A stretch of 64,000 bases of DNA, taken from NCBI GenBank assembly GCA_025832235.1, contig GCA_025832235.1_3649.1; one strand, given 5' to 3'. The position numbers and the translations under genes are program-made. Every line of letters starts with the position of its first letter. The stretch's first letter is position 1. The notes beneath the pieces are model-generated. The model was not told where the DNA came from and made no database searches. It saw nothing but the letters and a program-made list of their open reading frames with translations. Positions 55,477 to 64,000 of the stretch are shown here, in pieces. Source of the stretch: a phage.

Positions 55477-55668
55477 TCACTTGTTGTTAATAAGTTCTAA
55501 AACTTTCTGTCTTACTTTGTCAAGGTCTGTTGATTCAAAAACTGTGCGATATCCCCAACTTTGCCCATAGGAGTGACTGCAATCTCCGTAGCACCATTGC
55601 TCAATTTGATAGTATTCAAGGAAGGGGTGCTGTCTAACTATGATGCCATCCCGGTTAAAAATTACCAT
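55477..55668 (-). CDS. hypothetical protein
   Basis: ORF. Confidence 0.4.
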   Translation of the reverse strand: MVIFNRDGIIVRQHPFLEYYQIEQWCYGDCSHSYGQSWGYRTVFESTDLDKVRQKVLELINNK

Positions 55669-55731
55669 AATACGTCGCTCTCTGTTAGTCTGTGCGTATA
55701 TTATACACTGTAGTTTTCAGATGTCAATCTT

Positions 55732-55926
55732 TTACAGGTTACTCCAGTATACTCGGCATTTACATTTCGGGCAATGAGGCTCTTTTATGTAATAACCATC
55801 AGTCTTTGGAACACTTTTTGGTGCAGTTTTAAGATTGTACCGAGTAAAACACCGGAAGCAGGTTACCTCTCCAACCTGTTGATCGTTTATCCACTCGCCA
55901 GAGTAAAGCTCTCTCTTGTTTCTCAT
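55732..55926 (-). CDS. zinc-ribbon small protein
   Basis: start moved to ATG 55926 after GGGAGAG; CFRCF...CPKCKC. Confidence 0.45.
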   Translation of the reverse strand: MRNKRELYSGEWINDQQVGEVTCFRCFTRYNLKTAPKSVPKTDGYYIKEPHCPKCKCRVYWSNL

Positions 55927-55943
55927 AATTCTCTCCCAAATCC

Positions 55944-56123
55944 TCTGCAATCTTATACCAAAATCTCCAGCCAGAAAGCACACGGGAACACTTTGATGAT
56001 TGAATCTTTACCTGGTTCAGCAGTTCTTTTTCCGTAGGGTAGGTAGAAATACCCTCCTGCAGATTCGAACACAGCCCCTTCGGTTGTATCTATCACAGCC
56101 AGAATTAAGATTTTAGTCTCCAT
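55944..56123 (-). CDS. 59-aa hypothetical protein
   Basis: GAGAGAGGGAGCACT then ATG; below ORF-track cutoff. Confidence 0.4.
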
Positions 56124-56176
56124 AGTGCTCCCTCTCTCAATCGTTGTGGTGACTATACCATCTCAAAAACCCGCTG

Positions 56177-56635
56177 TCAACACTTTTTGTACTCCACCAC
56201 GATAATATTCATATCAAAAGTGGCAAGGTTAATAACGTCCTCTACGTGCTCCCACTTCAAACCGCCTATGCCGCACCCGATCTTAGGGATGTAGAATGGT
56301 AAAGTCGATCCACTGAATACCTCATTGACTAGCTCAAAGCCTTTCAGGATTGAGAAATATTCAGCATTAGGTCCTGGGTAGAACTGAGTATACAGATTGA
56401 TTCCGTAGACAATACCTCTCGGAGATAAGTGCTCCCATCGGGAGAACGCACCCAGTTTACTTAGGCAACCGTGTCTGGTCTCTTTGTCAGCTGCCAATGC
56501 TTGAGGGAACTCACGGGCAATCTGTTTTGCTATCCCCTTGCCCATTGTGTGGAAGCAGTTACAACCGTGGATCAGGTGACCAGCACCGCTCTTAAAAAGG
56601 GAGATTAAATCTCCCTCTACAGTATCAATAATCAC
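56177..56635 (-). CDS. macro-domain protein (ADP-ribose binding/processing)
   Basis: IIDTVEGDLISL...HLIHGCNCFHTMGKGIAKQIAREFP and IPKIGCGIGGL fit macro-domain motifs; start set to GTG 56635. Confidence 0.55.
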   Translation of the reverse strand: MIIDTVEGDLISLFKSGAGHLIHGCNCFHTMGKGIAKQIAREFPQALAADKETRHGCLSKLGAFSRWEHLSPRGIVYGINLYTQFYPGPNAEYFSILKGFELVNEVFSGSTLPFYIPKIGCGIGGLKWEHVEDVINLATFDMNIIVVEYKKC

Positions 56636-57050
56636 GGTATGCCAGCTCCTCTTCCGCAATTTCAAAAAACTCAGTCCAGCACTGTGGCATATTGGAGTTA
56701 CCGAAGTGGCTTTCATAGTAAAGGTTCTCACCACTTGGAAGATAGAAATCTGTTACCTCATAGAATCCACAATCGTCGCACTCGCCTTCTTCAAACTTAG
56801 CCTCAACCTTAATACCGAGGAAGGTGAAAAGTTTATGGATATCTTCAGTTTCGAACTCCCAGTGAATGTTGTTTTCCGCATCGGTGTAGAACTGGATCAG
56901 CAGACCATTGTCCAGTTTACCAAAATACTCTGTGAAGTAACTTCCTTCCCAGAAATCTTTATGACAAATAATATCCATGCGTTTGCCCATAATAATGGTG
57001 TGAGCGTTTTGGGCATCGTCACGAATCAGTTTTGGCATTTCATAGATCAT
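56625..57050 (-). CDS. hypothetical protein
   Basis: ORF. Confidence 0.45.
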   Translation of the reverse strand: MIYEMPKLIRDDAQNAHTIIMGKRMDIICHKDFWEGSYFTEYFGKLDNGLLIQFYTDAENNIHWEFETEDIHKLFTFLGIKVEAKFEEGECDDCGFYEVTDFYLPSGENLYYESHFGNSNMPQCWTEFFEIAEEELAYRDY

Positions 57051-57118
57051 CTTAGTTCTCCGGGTTCAACAGGTGGTGGTGCTACAGGAAGATCATAAAA
57101 CATGGCTATCACAGTCTC

Positions 57119-57316
57119 TTACACAGGAATTGCTTCAAACAGGCCGTTATCTATACCATCCTTCAGATAAAGATTATACTCTATGTCGGTATCTGTATAA
57201 AGGGCAGCATCCAGCATTCTATCTGTGAGTCCATCCATTGGGTGGAGAAACCACCACCCACGCCAGTCAAAGTAACAACCTGGTGCATCTTCTCTTACAC
57301 GGATTCGATAAATCAT
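57119..57316 (-). CDS. hypothetical protein
   Basis: ORF. Confidence 0.4.
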   Translation of the reverse strand: MIYRIRVREDAPGCYFDWRGWWFLHPMDGLTDRMLDAALYTDTDIEYNLYLKDGIDNGLFEAIPV

Positions 57317-57412
57317 GGGCAGTGGCCTCCTGTTAGTTATACATCCCAGTTTTCTTCGTTCATCACGTCCTCCCGTTTTATGAAGTTATAATTGCACACC
57401 TTTCAACCTGTG

Positions 57413-57829
57413 TCAACAGAAAACTTCAACAAATTCTTCCACAGTTTTAATGTCATGGGAAAAAGGTTTACGGCTATAACGGGCAATAGCACTATCAACC
57501 ACCGCCCGGTACTCCAAATCTTCAGAATATTTCATGAAGCATTGCAGCGTCTCTGGGCAGATAGCTAAATAGCTCCACCACCCCTCTTCAGATTGGTAGT
57601 CGAATCCCATACTCTCCAACCATGAAGCATACACACCTGCACCCTCAAGCCAGTGAGTATTTTCATCCAGAAACTTGTTAATAGACATGTGAGCTTCTAA
57701 GCATTTATCCAGCTCTTTTCCGTTAACCATCCACGCACTGACCGTGGCGCATCCAAGGTCTACAGATTGAGTTGACAGGTTGTATTGGTCATAGTTCTCA
57801 GGTTTAACAATGATATCTTCTAATGTCAT
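57413..57829 (-). CDS. hypothetical protein
   Basis: ORF. Confidence 0.45.
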   Translation of the reverse strand: MTLEDIIVKPENYDQYNLSTQSVDLGCATVSAWMVNGKELDKCLEAHMSINKFLDENTHWLEGAGVYASWLESMGFDYQSEEGWWSYLAICPETLQCFMKYSEDLEYRAVVDSAIARYSRKPFSHDIKTVEEFVEVFC

Positions 57830-57891
57830 TTTTCAGATCTCCTTATACAAAAATGCCCCACCCTTTCGGGCAGGGCTATGTTAGTTATGTG

Positions 57892-58470
57892 TTAAAAGTA
57901 TTCGTATAAGTATCCATCTGGAGCTGGAATTTTTTCATGAATGTAGTAACCAATATATATTCCGGTTTCTCTGCTACAAGAGTTGTGAGATACCCATTCT
58001 TCAAGAACGTTACCATTCATGTCCAACCTCCTTACATTTTTGCACCGTCTACCGCTGGTGCTTCTATGTAACAGAATATCCTCTGTCTGCTTGTCTTTAT
58101 TTTCTCCCCAAGTCGTTAAACGGATATTATCAAAAGAGTACCCTTTGAAATCATCTATCCTGTCACAAGAAGGCTTTTTCCTTTTGTCGTATCCGCTGGC
58201 TACCCACTGATCATACAACTCTTTGTAACCGTTAAGGTATAGCCACTCCTTAAACTCTTTTTTGGTGTAAGTCGGAGGAGGGTGACCTCTTTGCTTGCTG
58301 TTGCACTTTTGAGCCTTGTACAACACACGTATTACACCTTTTTCTGAAGAGTCTTTAGCAAATTGGTCAGCCTCCCTGCTGGCCTTCTTGCAACACTCTT
58401 TGCACGTTGATTTGTTACTGGTGTAGAAGTCGGAGGCCTCCTTGTCCTCTCCACAACGTTTGCATTTCAT
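57892..58470 (-). CDS. homing-endonuclease-like protein (zinc finger plus degenerate HNH-like core)
   Basis: N-terminal CKRCGEDK...CKECC; central CDRIDDFKGYSFDNIRLTTWGEN; inference. Confidence 0.4.
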   Translation of the reverse strand: MKCKRCGEDKEASDFYTSNKSTCKECCKKASREADQFAKDSSEKGVIRVLYKAQKCNSKQRGHPPPTYTKKEFKEWLYLNGYKELYDQWVASGYDKRKKPSCDRIDDFKGYSFDNIRLTTWGENKDKQTEDILLHRSTSGRRCKNVRRLDMNGNVLEEWVSHNSCSRETGIYIGYYIHEKIPAPDGYLYEYF

Positions 58471-58478
58471 AACTGACC

Positions 58479-59705
58479 TCAGAAAGGGATCGAGTCATCG
58501 AACTCATACTGCGCCGGATTCTGATCCATCGGGTCATCTTCCTCATCATTTACAGGAGGAGCGTCTACAGTGTTTTGCTGTAGAGCTGTTTCCTGTTTGG
58601 CAGCCTGAGGTTCTTGATGGTCAGTTGACCCAGCACCGTTCTTGATCCAATCGTACAACGGCTCAGCCAGATTAGTCAAGACATCTTTTGCTTCTGCAGT
58701 AATTGCCGCTGCAAAATCATCAACTTTAGTTTTCTTGTCAATACGGCGACAAGCGTTCAACACCGCATTACCGACACTGGCACCTACTTCATCTTCAGTT
58801 CGGTTGGTGGCTTGAGCATACTCTTTCTTAAGCTCAATAGTGACTACGTGCAGTGTTTTAGCCACGCCTAGTGGGTCGTCTACCTTAAACCCGCGATCCA
58901 GGATGATTTGCAACGCATTGATGCTATGTCCCGTCTCCACACCAATAGGGTCGTAAGAGGATTTACGCTTGCCACCAGAGCCTTGAGTGCCGTTCTCTGC
59001 CTTAGGTGGGTAGGCTTTGAAACCACTGATAATGTTTCCGGTGTCTTTGTCAACAATGGCTGCAACACGACCACCTACCACCAGGTCTTTAAGCTGCTCA
59101 TCAGTGACAACCATAGCACCTTCGCCAATCTTGTGGTCATTAACAGTAACCACGTTGCCAACAATCTGAGTCACATCACCATAGATGCGTAAAACGTCCT
59201 GATTGGCATTCTGCTGAGGTTTCTGCTTCTGGCCTTGTGATTGTGCACCTTGTTGCTGTTTTTGCTGCTGAGTCGCTGCTGGAGCCTCTCCTGCACCCAG
59301 CTTGACCATCTTAGCCAGTGAGCCTTTGTAATAGGTCTTACCGTTATGCTCGTTTGCCTTCAAAGGGATATTTACGATCCATCCCGGTGTTACGGTTTCC
59401 CACTTGTCATCAATTTTAACAGAGACAGAGTCTTGATGACCCGGTTTAAGCAGTTTATCACCCATACTGATCCAGACTTCTTCACCACCTTGAAGTAGGT
59501 TATCAGAGGAATCCAGTTCAGAAATCAGTAAAGAGATGGTGTGGCTGGATTCAATTTTCTTACCTTGCCACACAGTGGTTTTAATACCTGTTGTAGGATC
59601 AGCACCTTTGATAGGCTTGATGCTGACACGTTTAATCATGCCGTGAGCCAGTAAAACAGTTTCACGCGGATTCATCGGGTTAGCGAATTGTTGAATAACG
59701 CTCAT
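58479..59705 (-). CDS. single-stranded DNA-binding protein-like
   Basis: C-terminal acidic tip ...EFDDSIPF like the SSB DDDIPF tail; Gln-rich linker; AAGGAGA RBS. Confidence 0.5.
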   Translation of the reverse strand: MSVIQQFANPMNPRETVLLAHGMIKRVSIKPIKGADPTTGIKTTVWQGKKIESSHTISLLISELDSSDNLLQGGEEVWISMGDKLLKPGHQDSVSVKIDDKWETVTPGWIVNIPLKANEHNGKTYYKGSLAKMVKLGAGEAPAATQQQKQQQGAQSQGQKQKPQQNANQDVLRIYGDVTQIVGNVVTVNDHKIGEGAMVVTDEQLKDLVVGGRVAAIVDKDTGNIISGFKAYPPKAENGTQGSGGKRKSSYDPIGVETGHSINALQIILDRGFKVDDPLGVAKTLHVVTIELKKEYAQATNRTEDEVGASVGNAVLNACRRIDKKTKVDDFAAAITAEAKDVLTNLAEPLYDWIKNGAGSTDHQEPQAAKQETALQQNTVDAPPVNDEEDDPMDQNPAQYEFDDSIPF

Positions 59706-60070
59706 TATTTGTCTCCTTGTTCTTCGTTAGTGTTTGCCGTGTGTGCAAACCCTGCTTGAATTAATTTGTCCTGAACTTGAGCCAGCAGGCCCATTGCAAA
59801 ACTTGTGGTCCCAGAGAGGGCCATCAGCATATCTCGTTGTTGAGCTACCCAACCTAAGGCATAGTCCAAACGACGATATTTTTCTTCTTCACGCAAAGCT
59901 TGGAATAATTGTTCAGCCTCTGGCTGTTGTGTGAGCTCCTGAAGTCTTCCCATGAAAGAAGAAAGCACTAGCAGAAGAGACACTTGATCTTTACTTAACC
60001 CTAAGAAAAATTCTTGAGGTTGTTCTTGCTCGTTCATCGCAACCGACGCTTGATCGTTCATTTGTTCCAT
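59705..60070 (-). CDS. hypothetical protein
   Basis: ORF, stop overlaps SSB start. Confidence 0.45.
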   Translation of the reverse strand: MEQMNDQASVAMNEQEQPQEFFLGLSKDQVSLLLVLSSFMGRLQELTQQPEAEQLFQALREEEKYRRLDYALGWVAQQRDMLMALSGTTSFAMGLLAQVQDKLIQAGFAHTANTNEEQGDK

Positions 60071-60153
60071 TATGGAATCTCCGATTTTATTTGAACAACA
60101 TAGAAGGAGACACTATTTTAGCATCCCCTTCTGTAAATTACAATAGGTATTTG

Positions 60154-60399
60154 TTAGCCAATCACTTCGAAAGTTCCCCAATTCCCGTCCAGCAGGCAGG
60201 TGATCGGATCTCCATCGTCGTCAAAGATTTCAAAGTTTTCAGCATCCAGGATGTGGCCCTCGAACACAATACTCTCGTCGCCACCACCAGAAATAACAGC
60301 GTATTCCTTACCTTGAGTCAAGTTTTGACACCCTTTGCCACCAAAACCTACTTCCACACAACGTACTTTCTGTCCTGCGCGAGCAACTACTTCAGCCAT
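60154..60399 (-). CDS. small acidic protein (family C-like)
   Basis: DDDGDPITC motif. Confidence 0.4.
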   Translation of the reverse strand: MAEVVARAGQKVRCVEVGFGGKGCQNLTQGKEYAVISGGGDESIVFEGHILDAENFEIFDDDGDPITCLLDGNWGTFEVIG

Positions 60400-60416
60400 C
60401 TTAAGGTCTCCTGATA

Positions 60417-60737
60417 TTAATCGTCAAGTTCAAAATAGATTTTAACAGCTTCATCAAAGATTGGAATCCCGATGTTGTTGATAAGCTGCCAAACTACCAT
60501 ATCTTTACCTGGATCTGGGAGAATGTCAACCTTTCTCCATGCGCTGTATATCCAGTTCGGACCACCTTCTGCACTAACTGGCAGATTTTCACCAGCTTCC
60601 TGTAGATACTTATACAGCAAAAGATATTCTGGATACTCTAGAACACTGTCCTCTGTAGTATATAGCAGTTCACGGTATACTTTTAAAAACCCTGCGGGGG
60701 TGATGTTTTCAGTCTTCATTTGCTGCTTCTCCTGCAT
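60417..60737 (-). CDS. hypothetical protein
   Basis: ORF. Confidence 0.45.
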   Translation of the reverse strand: MQEKQQMKTENITPAGFLKVYRELLYTTEDSVLEYPEYLLLYKYLQEAGENLPVSAEGGPNWIYSAWRKVDILPDPGKDMVVWQLINNIGIPIFDEAVKIYFELDD

Positions 60738-61101
60738 TCATCAGATCTGCCATAGCGTCACCAACGAAGAGGACAACCACATCGTTGACAGCGTCAGCAT
60801 CATCTTTGTTGACGTTGCTGAATTTAGGACACACAGCAATGATCATATAGACACCGTTGCCCACCTGAACTGTCCGTGTGGTGCACATCATGGCGGTATT
60901 TGTGCCTTCTTTGAAGGCGAAGCCTTGAAGACGCTCCTCTAGAGTGTTACCGGTAGATTTCAGAAGCGCCAGCTCGTCCAAGGCATATATGATATCTCCG
61001 GAAGTTAGTGTTGCCTTTCCATCAGACACCATAATCACTCCATCAGCACCGTCAAGCTTAGAGGCTTCAAAGATATCAATATCCCAAATATTTTTCATCA
61101 C
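60709..61101 (-). CDS. hypothetical protein
   Basis: ORF. Confidence 0.45.
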   Translation of the reverse strand: MMKNIWDIDIFEASKLDGADGVIMVSDGKATLTSGDIIYALDELALLKSTGNTLEERLQGFAFKEGTNTAMMCTTRTVQVGNGVYMIIAVCPKFSNVNKDDADAVNDVVVLFVGDAMADLMNAGEAANED

Positions 61102-61430
61102 GCTTCCTCGTCGTCTAAGTAATCATCAAGAGAGGTGAAGATTTCACCGAAGTATTCTAAGATTTCTAGCTCACGTGTGGTGCAGCAAACATAATCTCCT
61201 TGGTCGTCCTTAATAGTGGCCTCTTTACCCAGAATATCTACTTCAAGTTCATCGTTCAACAGGACGGCCCCTGTGTAAACTTTGTCAGCTGTGCAGTCCC
61301 GAAAAGCAGAGTCCTTCTCCAGATAGTCTGGCTTAACCTTGGCTTTAATTCGTTGATATTGTTTGGTCATTGCTGTGGTCCCCTTTCGTTTTGATAGGGC
61401 CATTATAGTAGGCCCTATCACTGTTGTCAA
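61098..61430 (-). CDS. small acidic protein, family C
   Basis: SAFRDCT...KDDQGDYVCCT, paralogous to 61434-61688. Confidence 0.45.
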   Translation of the reverse strand: MTTVIGPTIMALSKRKGTTAMTKQYQRIKAKVKPDYLEKDSAFRDCTADKVYTGAVLLNDELEVDILGKEATIKDDQGDYVCCTTRELEILEYFGEIFTSLDDYLDDEEA

Positions 61431-61433
61431 GTA

Positions 61434-61688
61434 TTAATGTTCAGGTTTTACAAAAACTACTTCATTAACAGTGCACCAGACAGAGTCTCCTTCATCATCT
61501 TTAAAGGTAAGGCACTGTGCTGAGTTTTCCAGCTCATCGATCTCTTCTTGTGATAAAGGGGCCCCTTCTTCCAGGAGGGCTTTTACCAGAGGGTTCTCAC
61601 AAAACTCTGCTTCATAAATTGCACCGACTGTGCAATCTTTAAAAGCTCGGTCATTTGCAACGCATTCTGACTTCAAAGTAATTTTCAT
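61434..61688 (-). CDS. small acidic protein, family C
   Basis: RAFKDCT...KDDEGDSVWCT. Confidence 0.45.
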   Translation of the reverse strand: MKITLKSECVANDRAFKDCTVGAIYEAEFCENPLVKALLEEGAPLSQEEIDELENSAQCLTFKDDEGDSVWCTVNEVVFVKPEH

Positions 61689-61764
61689 CTTAGCAGTCTC
61701 CTTAGTTATTTAAAAATCAACGCTCTGTTTGTGTAAAGCATCTTATATCTAATCTTACTTCTTG

Positions 61765-62136
61765 TCAATGACTATTTTCAATCAGCCACACAGGGTCGAG
61801 GTAAATTTGTTGGCGTGTTGCCCAATGACAAACTTCATTGTACATCTGAACCTCTTTGTCCGTCAGTTCACGAATAGGCTCATCTATACCCTCATTTTTG
61901 TGGTAATCCCAGTCGGCATCGATTTCCCACAGCCATGACTTGTTGTCACCACGCTTACGCACACAGAAGTCACCAGGACGGCCTGCCAGTGCATTTAAGA
62001 ACTCGTTCTCCGCTCGCTCCTGAAGAATACTAAGGAGCAAAACGTTGGAGCATGACCGTAAAATATGCTTCAGCTCACAATCATCAATCTCAACTTCAAT
62101 ACGTTGTTTGACTGTGTGGGTACCTTTTACTAACAT
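61765..62136 (-). CDS. hypothetical protein
   Basis: start moved to ATG 62136 after GAGGAGG. Confidence 0.45.
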   Translation of the reverse strand: MLVKGTHTVKQRIEVEIDDCELKHILRSCSNVLLLSILQERAENEFLNALAGRPGDFCVRKRGDNKSWLWEIDADWDYHKNEGIDEPIRELTDKEVQMYNEVCHWATRQQIYLDPVWLIENSH

Positions 62137-62146
62137 ACTACCTCCT

Positions 62147-62341
62147 CTAAACGAACTCTGCAAGAGTTGTGTTGTTCACTGCACCGCAGTAAATGGAGTA
62201 TCCCAGCCCATTAGAGTGCAGAAACCACGGCGTGCCGAAATTATCTTTCACGTAGACATCACCGTTGTTTGTAAAGGGCCAATATTCTTCCCCAAGGGTA
62301 AAATACCTATTCATACCTTCAGCAAGATACTTTACTTTCAT
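62147..62341 (-). CDS. hypothetical protein
   Basis: ORF. Confidence 0.4.
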   Translation of the reverse strand: MKVKYLAEGMNRYFTLGEEYWPFTNNGDVYVKDNFGTPWFLHSNGLGYSIYCGAVNNTTLAEFV

Positions 62342-62565
62342 AGGTCCTCTTCAACAACTACAAACTTGGCAAGCAAAGTGGTTCCGTAGATATGATACTC
62401 ACCGTTTGCCAGGTGAGAGATATACCAGGCAACCCCTTCCTCGTCTTTAATCATTTTGTTTGCACGAGCTTTATCGTAATAAACCTCGTAGGTCTTTCCT
62501 TCTTTAAAGAATGACAGGTCTGTCATCTTTTCTTCTACAAAGGTAGCTTTAACCAAAGTCGTCAT
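62338..62565 (-). CDS. hypothetical protein
   Basis: ORF. Confidence 0.4.
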   Translation of the reverse strand: MTTLVKATFVEEKMTDLSFFKEGKTYEVYYDKARANKMIKDEEGVAWYISHLANGEYHIYGTTLLAKFVVVEEDL

Positions 62566-62879
62566 TGATCAGTCTCCTTCTTGTTAAGTCTGAATACTGC
62601 AATAATAGCATTCCCAAGGTGCAGTGTCAAGTCATTTCCAAGATACCACAGCATTCCACGGTCATCTTTGATGAAAGGGTAGCAATTTGGTGCCTTCTCT
62701 TTAATGAAAGGGTGACAATCTGGTGCTTTCCAGACATTGTACACTTTCCCAACCTGAAAGAAATCAGGCCCTGTTGGGATTTTAGTGCCTGGCCACACTT
62801 GAGATACCTGAACACACTCCACCTGCATAATAACAGGGATAGTCATGGATGTAAATGTTTTTGTTGGTTCTACTACCAT
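62562..62879 (-). CDS. hypothetical protein
   Basis: start moved to ATG 62879 after AAAGAGGAGAC. Confidence 0.45.
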   Translation of the reverse strand: MVVEPTKTFTSMTIPVIMQVECVQVSQVWPGTKIPTGPDFFQVGKVYNVWKAPDCHPFIKEKAPNCYPFIKDDRGMLWYLGNDLTLHLGNAIIAVFRLNKKETDQ

Positions 62880-62928
62880 AAAAGTCTCCTCTTTGCTCAA
62901 CAACACTTCCATGTGTTGATAGTTTACA

Positions 62929-63282
62929 TTAGTGACAATCACCCCAGTTACGACCACACAAGTATTCACCTGTGATCTGGAACGGGACTCCCATCATTTT
63001 AGAAGCTTGCCAGAAGCAATGCACCACCATTTCACCCACAGGGCTCCAGATAAGTTCAAGCTTTCCGTCATCGTTCAGGATAGGATCGTACACCGTGTTT
63101 CCGTCTCTGTCAACCACTTCGTTTCCGTTTTCATCCTTGCGTGCCTTTTTGTACTTATGACCGTCGAACACATGAAGTTTGGCTTCCTGCTCTGCCTTAA
63201 ATGCTTCCAGTTCTTCAATTGTGTCGAAGGTGTACACAGTCTTATACTTCGGTGTGTCAGGCACTTGAAGTTGGTACTCATC
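62929..63282 (-). CDS. family A DNA polymerase, 3' exon (C-terminal segment)
   Basis: begins DEYQLQV (completes HDE motif C); ends ...GVPFQITGEYLCGRNWGDCH like the Pol I/T7 C-terminal ...NW..H. Confidence 0.7.
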   Translation of the reverse strand, partial: DEYQLQVPDTPKYKTVYTFDTIEELEAFKAEQEAKLHVFDGHKYKKARKDENGNEVVDRDGNTVYDPILNDDGKLELIWSPVGEMVVHCFWQASKMMGVPFQITGEYLCGRNWGDCH

Positions 63283-63558
63283 CAATAGTTCAGGTAGGTC
63301 GTTAAGCTACCCCGCACCATTACGTGCATAGCCATACGTTTTCACGTAGGATCGGACCATCTCATATTCCTATGATAAGCAACCACAGGAATCCTCCCAT
63401 TTCGACCGCACTTGCTGGTCTACTTCCTTTCGGAATGGCCTCTGAGCGTTCGCTCTTTTGAGCGCTTCGTTGCGGATTACCTTGCCATAAGGTTTAGGCT
63501 TCCCGCAGTTAAAGAGGTTATTCGACATAGATTACTCTATGAAGCCACAATGTTATTT
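63283..63558 (-). ncRNA. group I self-splicing intron in DNA polymerase gene (no internal ORF)
   Basis: 5' exon ends CAU, intron ends G; elements ACUGCGGGAAGCC (P), GUAAUCCGCAACG (Q), GUAGACCAGC (R) and GAGAUGGUCCG (S); length restores frame. Confidence 0.7.
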
Positions 63559-64000
63559 ATGGTAATAAATAATACGACGAACACCTTCATCGTACCACCC
63601 ACGCTTCACCATCTGGCGGTGCATGAGTATTCCAACTAAGTCACACAGCGATGCACCACCATTTTGTTGGTATGCATTAAGTAAAGAGTGTTTAGATCTG
63701 GTCCAGATAGCATGACCATCAAAAGAGTAGATAAACTTCTTACCCGTTGCTTCCCAGAATTTCTCCAGATCTTCTTTACGCCCCTTAAGACCAGGGTTGG
63801 CATCCCAGAGTGCATCGATTACCCTTTGTCCCAACTCTGGAGAGATGTCCAGCATATCTGCAACTTTATCTTTTTGTGCCCCATACATAACCCCATACGT
63901 GATAGGTTTACCGTCGTTACGGGAAATCTCCTTGCCTGCTACAGAAGAGTAAGCTTTGGCGTTATTACAGTTACCGCACACTGCCACTTTACCATTCCTT
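63559..64000 (-). CDS. family A DNA polymerase, 5' exon (partial, continues beyond window end)
   Basis: motif B-like region ...AKAYSSV...YGVMYGAQ... and NAYQQNGGASLCDL; ends ...VRRIIYYH at the splice site. Confidence 0.7.

Overview
The window looks like a lytic dsDNA phage early/replication region with no host genes, organised as three transcription blocks. Block 1 (minus strand, 1-2398) is a kinase/phosphatase pair. Block 2 (plus strand, 2499-41723) encodes nucleotide-metabolism and DNA-processing enzymes (RNA ligase, Sir2, DNA ligase, endolysin, flap endonuclease, endonuclease VII, ThyX, NrdAB, NrdDG, PhoH, ClpP-like peptidase, two N6-adenine methyltransferases, homing endonucleases) followed by about 40 small, mostly acidic ORFs. 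Block 3 (minus strand, 44199-64000) is a run of small genes, then macro-domain, SSB-like and family-A DNA polymerase genes. Notable observations: two ORF-less group I introns (nrdD and DNA polymerase), a split Pnk-type RNA-repair module, a ribosome hibernation factor homologue, a tandemly duplicated cassette of small acidic proteins, and two repeat-rich noncoding hubs (41.9-44.2 kb and 53.3-54.35 kb). All calls are from reading the sequence and recalled family motifs; no database search was run, and many ORF-track starts were moved to the first RBS-supported start codon.
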